Source: Tubiluchus corallicola (Eukaryota; Animalia; Priapulida). From it: a stretch of 64,000 bases of DNA. A model generated the notes under the pieces. It saw nothing but the letters and a program-made list of their open reading frames with translations, was not told the origin of the DNA and did no database searches. Below, piece after piece: positions 1 through 64,000 of the stretch. Each line of letters begins with the position of its first letter. Within the stretch, counting starts at the first letter, position 1. The translations under genes were made by a program, and so were the position numbers. The stretch spans positions 1 to 64,000 of the forward strand of contig JAQGDQ010000320.1 of the NCBI GenBank assembly GCA_030141605.1, written 5' to 3'.

Positions 1-59
<59 letters not shown>
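1..59. repeat. (CT)n microsatellite, truncated by window edge
   Basis: Pure CT dinucleotide run. Confidence 0.98.
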
Positions 60-62
<3 letters not shown>

Positions 63-595
63 AATTGCATGATTTTATTTTTTTCGTATTTATTTTTTAT
101 TTTTCTATTTCATTTGGGGCCACCAAATTCACTTCGCCTAGGGCCTCCAATTACCTAAGGGCTGCCCTGATGCGATTTATACACATCCTGAATCCAGTAA
201 ACCACAACAAGTATTGTTTTGAAAACTTATTTCGTGTTCCGCATACAGTTTAAGTTTCACTTGGTGAAGATACGCGTTGCAAAATTTCTACAGTTCACTC
301 AGCAATGTTATTCTAGCATTGTATTTAACTGTGTTTATGTAAAAATTAAGTCATTTGATCAATTACGACCAAGGTTAAAGTGGTTACATAGCTTTAATTC
401 ACAGGATTATACCGTAAATGGTATACATTAATTGTTGTAATTAATTTACAGACTTTGTTGACTTTTAAGAGTCGCATATAAACTTGCCAGCACGTAGTAG
501 GCAGAGATTACTTAGTTTATAGTAGGGTGGGTTACTTAGTTTATAGAGATCGCTCTATAAGTCAAAAAAGATTACTGAACCATCTAGCAGAATAA

Positions 596-803
596 GTAAT
601 AGTAATAGTAATAGTAATGGTAATGGTAATGGTAATGGTAATGGTAATGGTAATGGTAATGGTAATGGTAATGGTAATGGTAACGGTAACGGTAACGGTA
701 ACGGTAACGGTAACGGTAACGGTAACGGTAACGGTAACGGTAACGGTAACGGTAACGGTAACGGTAACGGTAACAGTAACAGTAACAGTAATAGTAATAG
801 TAA
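596..803. repeat. Compound hexamer microsatellite (GTAATA/GTAATG/GTAACG/GTAACA)n
   Basis: Consecutive blocks of four 6-bp variants; explains the LP, IT/VT and VM low-complexity ORFs. Confidence 0.95.
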
Positions 804-1330
804 TTTTATTTTCCTCCATAAATTTACAATGATTTGACAATAAAATACACAAAAATACAAACGAACATGGGAGAAAGGGTGGCGAAAAACCAAAGGTTAT
901 CGAGTCAACCATAAGTGCTTATATCGCAGGGAAACCGGATGACGCCATTTTTCGTCTAAAATGAGTGCGCCCAAGCGTGAAGTGACGGCAACTTTACATT
1001 GATTTTACTGATTATATAAGGTGGTTATCACAGTTTTATTGCTGAGACTTTCTAACATTTTTTCAAGTTTTAGAGTAAGCGCAACTTCCTGAGAGACTTG
1101 ACTTTTGCTTTAAACATGAGTGTACTTGAAACACATCAGAATCAATATGCCGCAACTGAAAAATAGAGGACCGCCAAATTGACTCGCGGTGGCGCTGCTA
1201 TGCCCTAGATAAAACACGTTTGCAAGAGTGGTAGGAGCTTTTCTGCTCTTCTATTAGCTGTATTTTAGATGAATTGTAACCCTTGTACTTATTGCAAAAA
1301 ATCTGAAAAGTAATCCTGAGCTATCTAGAG

Positions 1331-1799
1331 CAGGGGTGTGCAAATTGCGGCCCGCCGAGAGAATTTGTGCGGCCACGCGAAGAGATTTGTCAACCTAATG
1401 AAAGTGCGGCCCGGGCGATTAATTGATTGTATCCAGTTGAAGTCCATGCCACGATCCCAAAGATAGTGCGGGTAGTTTTTTCTACTAGATTGGATGCTAT
1501 TAACCCTTACAAGACAGTTGTAGCTTAATGTCACTGTACTACACAGACTGTGTGATACACATTACTAATATGCATTGTATTGAAATTACCACTATCTGTC
1601 GTGAAAGTAGAAATATATGGTTTGTAATATAAATTTTAATAACTTCTAAAATAGTTTCTTGAGTGTAGTAGTCATGATGTACGCAGGTCGGATGCAAATA
1701 AAAATCGTTATTAGGCCCTTCTGTACTTGGCTCCTTGATCAAACTGCAGGAATTGCGGGAGAGTTTAGTGTGGCTAGTCAGATAATTTGCACACCTCTG
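1331..1799. mobile_element. Non-autonomous hAT (Charlie-like) DNA transposon / MITE, 469 bp
   Basis: 16-bp TIR CAGGGGTGTGCAAATT ... AATTTGCACACCTCTG (1 mismatch); perfect 8-bp TSD ATCTAGAG at 1323-1330 and 1800-1807; internal GCGGCCCG motifs typical of Charlie-type ends. Confidence 0.9.
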
Positions 1800-2502
1800 A
1801 TCTAGAGTGATCTAGATTTCTGACTGCAACTACACAGTCTTGGGTTCGAGTCTATAATAGGGGCTGTCAACCTATATGTTATTCGTTGTTTGTGTGCACC
1901 GTAAGTCGTTAAATAGTCATTAGTACTGTGCTGTCTGTTAAACTATCGACTGTAAATTAATCTTGTCCTGTTAGTTTTAAGACACGAGGCTTGAAAATCA
2001 GCTGTTCTTCAAAGTTGACCGTTGACAAACGAGCACAGAATTCTGTCTGGAATAAACGTCTCGGGGTGCTGACGGAACAAGGCCAGAATTATTAAATGTT
2101 TAAAACCAAACCTGGCTGAAAATGAGAAATCGTGAAAAAGTTGGGACAGAGTCTAGAATTGAATGCGGAATCTTTGGACTACATCAAAGGCATGGCACTA
2201 GACCACATAGTCCCTTGTGATGAAGGCCGCCCTTAATCTAACCCAATCCACCGCCAAACAGTCTGAAATTTCTTACTACATCAATCTTTTTTATAATTAA
2301 ATTAAAACCCTGAATAACCCATTAACAGAAGAACTACTACTGTCATCACAATGGCAGTAAAGTCTAGTAGCCATAGCGTTAGACTTGCAGTCCAAAAGTC
2401 CGTAGTTCAAATACAGATATTGTCCCGACTTTTTCAGTTCTCCAAAAAATTGACGATTTTGGGGTTCATCTCCATTAAATTTTGTCTGTTATTACTAGAC
2501 AC

Positions 2503-2914
2503 TAGGGGTGAGCATCGAATAATCTCGTTCAAATTCGATTCGAACGACTTTTTTTAGATCGAACTCGATTCGAATCCAAAACTATAGATTCGAATAATTC
2601 AGCACTTCAATCACACATGTTCTTTATCACTAAAGCGATTGAAACATCATGCAATTAGCATAATTTAGCTGTGATTTCTGCACACAATTTTAAAGAAATT
2701 ACTAGTCGTTTATTGCAGAACAAAATCTAGTGATATGCATGATCTTTGTAAGACTAATTTTTGCTGGTGGTTCGAAAACGTGTTCGAAAATCTTTCGATC
2801 TCAATTCGAATTCGGTTCGAATTCGAAACACTGAAGTTCGGTTCGGTTCGAATTCGAAAGTCACAAATTCGGTTCGATTCGAATTCGCTTTTTGGTAGAG
2901 AATGCTCACCCCTA
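2503..2914. mobile_element. Non-autonomous hAT-type MITE, 412 bp
   Basis: Perfect 13-bp TIR TAGGGGTGAGCAT ... ATGCTCACCCCTA; 8-bp TSD CTAGACAC / CTAGACAA (7 of 8 match); dense subterminal TTCGA/TTCGG repeats at both ends. Confidence 0.85.
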
Positions 2915-3289
2915 CTAGACAAGCCTGAATAATCTAAGATTAAAATATATAAAAATAATTAAGTTTATTAATACTTTCAAAAAGTGCAGCGTTAAATAGG
3001 ATAACCTTTTCCACTTCACTGTTTCGTCACAAAACCCAGGGGCGGATTACAAGTTTCAGGGACGTAAGACTACCAACAAACGAAAGGCCTAAACGTGCTC
3101 AACTACACATCCAATTGTGCTGTACTGCTATACTTGTTCATCTAATGTACTCATGCGGAATCTAAAACTGTATCTATTAGCTGAAAAATAATATCATATT
3201 CATGTACAGCATTGGTCGGTTTACCATTAAACTTTTATGAAATTACTAGTGTGTCTGTTCTTCAGTTTTTGTATAGACTAATCCACAAT

Positions 3290-3660
3290 TTTTTTTATTA
3301 CAGGCACTTAAAAACATTTATAGTTAAAACATCACAACTTTATTAACACTTTTAATTTACATAGTTAAAAATCGTGTCAAACGCTTCGACACAGCTACTG
3401 CTGTCATCATCAGTGGTAAATTTTTACATAACTGGTTGTATGTTCATGTAACAACCTTTTTATGACAGGTACTTAAAGATATTTATAGTTGAAACACCAC
3501 AACTTTATTAACACTTTTAATTTACATAGTTAAAAATCATATCAAACGATTCGTCAGAGCTACTGCTGTCATCATCAGTGGTAAATTTTTACATAACTGT
3601 TCATGTAAAAATTTACCACTGATGATGACAGCAGTAGTTCTGTCGAACCGTTTGACATGA
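3290..3660. repeat. ~165-bp tandem duplication ending in a fold-back inverted repeat
   Basis: ACAGG(C/T)ACTTAAA...CAGTGGTAAATTTTTACATAACTG occurs twice in tandem; the second copy is followed by its own reverse complement (35-bp perfect stem 3560-3594 / 3603-3637, 8-nt loop). Confidence 0.85.
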
Positions 3661-4189
3661 TTTCTCAAACTATGCAAATAAAAAGACTTATCAGCAGTCT
3701 TTGTAAACCAACTGCAACAATGACCACAAAAAGACAAAAGGCTAGACTCACAAAAATCACATCAAGGCAACAGCCACCTGCTTAACTGAATACCAACCAA
3801 ACTTATATAAAAAACAACGGCAACTTTTAAAAATATTTTCACAAGATTGAAGACTCGTGGTAGAGTAACCACTATTTGACATAATTTTATACAGTCATAC
3901 CTCTGTTTTCGACCATAATTCCTTCCTAAAAAGTGTTTGGAAACCGATTTGGTTGAGTACCGAATCATTTATTCTCATAAGGAATAATGTAAAAGCAAAT
4001 AATCCGTTCTCAAGCACCAAATGAACTGTGAAGTATTACTAAAACGAAATATAATGATGCAAAAATGTTTATTCAAACATTAGACATGATATAATTGATA
4101 AGAAAAACTTAATAGAATTACTTTGAAAGAAAAACATAATTGTTACTGTATGAAAAAGCGGAGAAAAATAAGCGTAGAAAGCACTTAGC

Positions 4190-4415
4190 GATGTTAGGCA
4201 ATTCAAATCTTGTGCGTGACTACTATCGGGCGTGGTCGGTTACCCTCGGCTCTACTCGGCTCGCCGCGCATGCGTTCATCACGTGTTTGGCGGCTGGTCG
4301 AGTACCGAAATTCTGGTCGAGAGCGGAGACAATTTCAGCTCGAATTTTCTGGTCGAAACCCGATTTGTACGAGTACGGAGAAGTTCAAGAACGGAAGTAT
4401 GACTGTACAACCTAG
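4190..4415. promoter_or_regulatory. CpG-rich island upstream of the Wntless-like gene (possible promoter, or transposon relic)
   Basis: Locally GC/CpG-rich in an AT-rich background; contains GCGCATGCG (NRF1-like), CACGTG (E-box) and CGGAAGT (ETS-like) motifs. No functional evidence. Confidence 0.25.
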
Positions 4416-5214
4416 CTACCGTAATCAAAAACCCCTCTTTACGTGAACATAACTCGGCGTACCAAAGTAATTGTCCAGAAAACACATTATAACCTATCAG
4501 AGTGGAATATTGCTAGAAGGAAAAGTAGAAGGAAAAGGACAGGAAAGGAGAAATGGTCAACTTTATGAAGAATACCTGTTTATGAAAAAACTATCAGTGA
4601 TCGTTACCAAAGCATCTAAATAATTAATAAACTTATTATTACTGCCACTACGAGTTGCAACTAAACTCTGTGGATAAATCTTAGAAATCAGCGTTTCAAA
4701 AAATTAACCACACAAATATCATCGATATACCTACAGGTATTAATAATATTCTAGCCAGTAGCCAGACCTAGATTTTTATCAGCGATCTCAGGATTGTGAG
4801 TGCCTATCAAAACTTATGGCCTCAGGCTATAATGGGCTATAATCTTTCAAACCTAATGGTTAATCCTACACAACAAAGCCAACCATTTTTCAGTTTGACC
4901 CCATACATGCGCAACGTTTTCGGAGTTTTTATTTAGCTAGCTCAGGTGTGGAAATGTCCTGGAGCAACGTGTCGCGCGGAACAAGTCACATTCTTTATCT
5001 AATTATACACAAGCGGACATCAGGCATCAATGCCAAATCGTGAGGACGAGTTACAAGGTGAGGGAGATAAAATTTCGGGTCGTGAAAAACATTCGGCACC
5101 TTTCTGGACGCCATTATTTTCAGCTGTTTTGCTCAGAGAACAAGGAAGCGTAGACGAAGAGCTTAGAGGTCGTAAAAAACGTAAAAACTTGTTTGGAACT
5201 CATTCGAATATATA

Positions 5215-6720
5215 ATGTATAAAGTTCATTGTGCCTGCAGTCACAAAACAGCAATAATTCAATTCATTGTTCATGTGCTTGTTGTTGTAATTTTTTTCTT
5301 TATGGGCGCTTGTATTGCCCCTAGTGCCGTCAAATGGGAGACAATGCTGGTGACAAAATGCAATGGCCTAAACGACACTGCGCTGTTTGTACCATCAGTA
5401 GAAAACAGAAGTTGCCCAGAAGAGCCTTATCTGGTGTCGATCAGCAATGGCTCGGCAACATTTACATCTTTTTTCCCACATCAGCAAGAAGGGGACGCGT
5501 TTCTCAAACCTTGGCATCAGTATGTTATTGTCGCATTGAGAATAGACTTGAACCCGAATCTGAATCATCTGAATCATACTAGGAAAAATGGGTTCCGGAA
5601 TGCGCTACTAACAGATGTGATAATTTGGTACAAGGATGTCGACAACTGGACAGAACTGGGGCATTTCTCTCAAAATAAAAGCTTGGCGTGTGAGAAAAAC
5701 TTGGTGTCTGACTGCTCGTCAACAGCGCTCGTTTACATCAACGAAATTCACGACAGCTACTTGATGAAAGTTCACGCGGGGAAGATGGAAGGTTACCAGA
5801 TCAAGCACGTTGAAGCAAGGCTTTTGTATCAGAATGAGAGTTTCTTGAAATTGTTTCTGAGTTTGAAAGTGATCGTTCCATCTTTCGTCGTCTGGATACT
5901 GGTTCGATTTGCAGCGAGTTTACGTCGTCTAGAAAGAGCTGTTACTAAGAAGGAAAAGTTTCTGTTCGCTCTTGGATTGTCCTTAGCTATCAGTGATTTA
6001 CCGCTGGAAATGCTCAACCTTTGGTTTCAGACTTCCATATTTTCTTATGTCAATGACGTGATGTGGTGGACCTTTCTTGGAATTTTCTTCGTTTTCTCGG
6101 CCTTGTTCGTAGAAGACGTCTTGGTGTCGCTTGAAGACCTTAAAATCAGAAGCAAGATTCCTTTACGCGCCAGTCTATTGTCTGTGGTATTTGGTTGCGT
6201 TTCAATGTTGGCCTTTACAATAATTAGCAGGCCCCCAAGTGCCAAAGCTCTGCAATTGATCATAACTACAGCACAACTTAAAGCAGTCACTTTTTTCGTC
6301 ACGGTGTTTCACGTAGTAATGATCATCTATTTTCTACTGTTATGTGCAAAATGTTACAAGATCGTTGGGTATACCAGAACCCAATTCAAGTCCCTCGAGG
6401 GCGTTCCAAGGCAGTCTAGAGAACACTACACTCGCAAAATGATTACAGCTATTAGCTTGACTGTATCAACCATGATTTGCAATGCAGTCGTTATAATTTG
6501 TGTGCTCTATACCATCTCCCGGGGTGAACCGGCCATTTGGCGAGAGGAATTTCACCATCTGGAAATTCACAAAAATACGTTTGCAGGAATATTTGCTGTT
6601 GGGGCGTTTGGGATGTGTAACACTTTTGCGTTCGGGATGCTGCTTGCCCACGTGCACGATATGAATAGTAAACAACCCTACAGCCACGTGGCAGACGATG
6701 TAAACATGGCCGAGGAGTAA
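5215..6720 (+). CDS. wls: Wntless (WLS/GPR177/Evi/MIG-14)-family multipass membrane protein, divergent and intronless, 501 aa
   Basis: Wntless architecture: N-terminal TM ending FFMGACIAPS (cf. FLVGGLIAPG), luminal domain with KPWHQYVIVALRIDL (cf. SPWFQFMLFILQLDI), then YQNESFLKLFLSLK (cf. HQNGGFTKVWFAMK), KEKFLFALGLSL..DLPLEM (cf. LEKVIFALGISM..NIPVEW) and further hydrophobic segments. Comparison from memory of vertebrate WLS. Confidence 0.85.
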   Translation: MYKVHCACSHKTAIIQFIVHVLVVVIFFFMGACIAPSAVKWETMLVTKCNGLNDTALFVPSVENRSCPEEPYLVSISNGSATFTSFFPHQQEGDAFLKPWHQYVIVALRIDLNPNLNHLNHTRKNGFRNALLTDVIIWYKDVDNWTELGHFSQNKSLACEKNLVSDCSSTALVYINEIHDSYLMKVHAGKMEGYQIKHVEARLLYQNESFLKLFLSLKVIVPSFVVWILVRFAASLRRLERAVTKKEKFLFALGLSLAISDLPLEMLNLWFQTSIFSYVNDVMWWTFLGIFFVFSALFVEDVLVSLEDLKIRSKIPLRASLLSVVFGCVSMLAFTIISRPPSAKALQLIITTAQLKAVTFFVTVFHVVMIIYFLLLCAKCYKIVGYTRTQFKSLEGVPRQSREHYTRKMITAISLTVSTMICNAVVIICVLYTISRGEPAIWREEFHHLEIHKNTFAGIFAVGAFGMCNTFAFGMLLAHVHDMNSKQPYSHVADDVNMAEE

Positions 6721-6796
6721 TTTAATTAAGCTAGTGGGTATCGTACGTTTTTTTTTATACATTTCACCCCGGATAAAGCCAATGTCAGTCAGGGTA

Positions 6797-7336
6797 TAGA
6801 ATAGGTGAACAAAATACAGATTGCTCTCATTGTAATAATGCAACTCCTCAAACACCAGAACACATTATATTTGACTGTGATTTGGTAGACCATCAATTTC
6901 GAATAAATTTAAGACAAGTTCTGCCCTCAGCCAACACAAGCGAGATTTATCTAAAAAGAGATAAAGTTGTATGCCACGCATATGTAAATATTGTTAGAGA
7001 TGTTGTGCTGAAAAAATTGTTATAAATTAATTCAAATTATATTTACAAAAAAACATGTACTGAGTTAAAATGAAATCGTTATATAAATTATAGTGTAAAA
7101 TATGTATATTTTAAATTTATTTTTAATAGGTGTTGTGAAAGTTAAAATTGTGGTTTTGATGTATATACGTAAAACTTATGTAAAAGTTAGCAAACGGAAA
7201 CAATACTAGTGGAGTATGAATGTACAAAATTGGCATTATGTATAATATTGTTATCGTAAATAGCTATATTTTGTAAACGAACCCCTGCAAATAGAGGCAA
7301 ATAGAAACAATGTATTTATTGTTTAATAAAAAGACT

Positions 7337-7392
<56 letters not shown>
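6797..7392 (+). mobile_element. 5'-truncated non-LTR retrotransposon (ORF2 C-terminus, 3' UTR, (TAA)n tail)
   Basis: Frame 6798-7025 reads RIGEQNTDCSHCNNATPQTPEHIIFDCDLV...KKLL* (CCHC knuckle of LINE ORF2); AATAAA then (TAA)n tail ~7339-7389; 12-bp TSD TCAGTCAGGGTA at 6785-6796 and 7393-7404. Confidence 0.85.
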
Positions 7393-7560
7393 TCAGTCAG
7401 GGTAAAGGGTTACAATAGAAATATGATAAACAATTTGCTATAGTGACAGAAGATATCTGTTGATATTCCTTATTCTTGAATCGAGTGTGATTATAATTTT
7501 CAAGGAGGGCAATTTAGATGAGATGAAATGAGATGTTGCGACAACAACAGAATGGTAAAA

Positions 7561-8475
7561 AGTAGACAAAATGCTTACAGACAGTGATTTTGCAGTTCTT
7601 TCTAGGAATGCTTTCGTGTTTAATGCTTCTAAACTACATCAGATTATAGTAAGACTATTATAAGTAGACAAAATGCTTTCAGACAGTGATTTTACAGTTC
7701 TTTCTAGGAATGCTTTTGTATTTAATGATTCTAAACTACATCAGATTGTAGTAGGACTTTTATAAGTAGACAAAATGCTTACAGACAGTGATTTTGCAGT
7801 TCTTTCTGGGAATGCTTTCGTGTTTAATGATTCTAAACTACAGCAGATTATAGTAGGACTTTTATAAGTAGACAAAATGCTTTCGGACAGTGATTTTGCA
7901 GTTCTTTCTAGGAATGCTTTCGTGTTTTATGATTCTAAACTACATCAGATTATAGTAGGACTATTATAAGTAGACAAAATGCTTGCAGACAGTGATTTTG
8001 CAGTTCTTTCCAGGAATGCTTTGATGTTTAATGATTCTAAACTACATCAGAATATAGTAGGACTATTCTAAGTAGACAAAATGCTTGCAGACAGTGATTT
8101 TGCAGTTCTTTCTAGGAATGCTTTAGTGTTTAATAATTCTAAACTACAGCAGATTATAGTAGGACTTTTATAAGTAGACAAAATGCTTGCAGACAGTGAT
8201 TTTGCAGTTCTTTCTAGGAATGCTTTAGTATTTAATGATTCTAAGCTACAGCAGATTATAGTAGGACTATTATAAGTAGACAAACTGCTTTCAGACAGTG
8301 ATTTTGCAGTTCTTTCTGGCAATTGCTTTGTGTTTAATGATTCTAAGCTACAGCAGATTATAGTAGGACTATTATAAGTAGACAAAATGCTTTCAGACAG
8401 TGATTTTGCAGTTCTTTCTAGGAATGCTTTCATGTTTAATGATTCTAAACTACAGCAGATTATAGTAGGACTTTT
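7561..8475. repeat. 102-bp minisatellite, ~9 copies
   Basis: AGTAGACAAA starts at 7561, 7663, 7765, 7867, 7969, 8071, 8173, 8275, 8377. Confidence 0.95.
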
Positions 8476-8743
8476 GTGCAGTATTACAGCATAGTTGGGT
8501 CTATACAAGCCTAGCTTGCTTATTAATACAATGAAAAGAAAAATCAAACTTATAATATATTAAACATTTGAAAATATCGCGCCACTCATCTAATTTCATT
8601 AGATATGTATATATGTATGTGTAATGTATATGTAATATATATAATTATAAATGTATATGTATATACATATATAATTATAATGTTTAAAAATAAAACTTTG
8701 TTTCAAGTCGCAGAGTGAAAAGTCGCTTTTTATTTTTATTCAG

Positions 8744-63400
<54,657 letters not shown>

Positions 63401-63405
<5 letters not shown>

Positions 63406-63415
63406 CTCTTGAACA
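63401..63415 (+). CDS. Predicted 15-bp stop-codon micro-exon
   Basis: TTCATTCCTTGTAG|GC TAA CTCTTGAACA|GTAAGC; a further acceptor TTCTTTTTAG at 63661 would start a 3' UTR exon. Confidence 0.45.
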
Positions 63416-64000
63416 GTAAGCAGGAAAAGATGGATGCAGCCATGCTACAAACGAAATCGATTTCAACTCCAAAGGCGTAGACTGCTGGTTATGTAACGGT
63501 TATACAATTATTATAAAACGTCCGAAAACATACGGAAATTTAATTTGCTTCAGTAGACGTGTGAACTGGTTTAACTACAATTTGTTGGTCTATGATCACT
63601 AGCTTATCATAACTGAAAAAGTAGGTTGCAGTCACCTCACCTGTCACCTGGTTCTTTTTAGATTAAAGAGCAGCACTGCTGCAGCAGCAATGCACCTCTA
63701 CGAGTCATATGATAACTGAGAAAGAAAGGAAGCAATGCACCAAGTGAACAAAAGGAAAGCGATTTTCGTAAAGGCTCATTGCTGCTCAGAATGACATTTA
63801 CTCACTTTTTCATCCATTCCTTTAATCAATCCTTTCTTGTAGTTTCATTCACATATCAAAATTTGAAAGCAGAAATGCATTACCTTAATCAGTAAGATTC
63901 TTCTCCGGCTTGCATAGTGTAATAATTACGAAGAAAATAACAGTATTATCTTATTAAATGCCGACTTTATTCATTATTTAAAGTTGGTGTATATAGGCCC

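Noticed and set aside
113-170. GC-rich ...GGGCTGCCCTG segment resembling a transposon end (similar motifs near 2225 and 3037)
   Set aside because: No matching partner TIR or TSD could be established.
555-912. ORFs of poly-LP, poly-VT/IT and poly-VM
   Set aside because: Translations of the hexamer microsatellite.
7561-8475. CRISPR-like regular repeat
   Set aside because: Whole 102-bp units are repeated with no unique spacers; eukaryotic context, no cas genes.

Overview
AT-rich eukaryotic (invertebrate-animal-like) genomic window with one 100-N assembly gap (61621-61720). The first 8.5 kb holds microsatellites, two hAT-type MITEs with TIRs and 8-bp TSDs, an intronless divergent Wntless-family gene (5215-6720), a 5'-truncated LINE with a 12-bp TSD and a 102-bp minisatellite. 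About 12.1-61.6 kb looks like a non-coding ~3-kb macrosatellite, but every copy carries one 51-bp (twice 54-bp) segment between a poly-pyrimidine/CAG acceptor and a GTAAGT donor. There are 16 such mini-exons, open in all copies only in phase 1. They share that phase with larger exons at 8744-9019 and 48048-48155 and with a 1407-bp exon encoding 154 Gly-X-Y triplets (61805-63211). The simplest reading is one >54-kb gene for a collagen-like protein whose N-terminal region is an expandable array of 17-aa modules. These shift from SEEENGNQLRGNRSRN to SEDEYGYQHGGNRHGY almost only by non-synonymous changes. A disabled ~3.9-kb non-LTR retrotransposon and a ~0.94-kb inversion lie in its introns. Splicing, the first (signal-peptide) exon and continuity across the gap are inferred, not observed.
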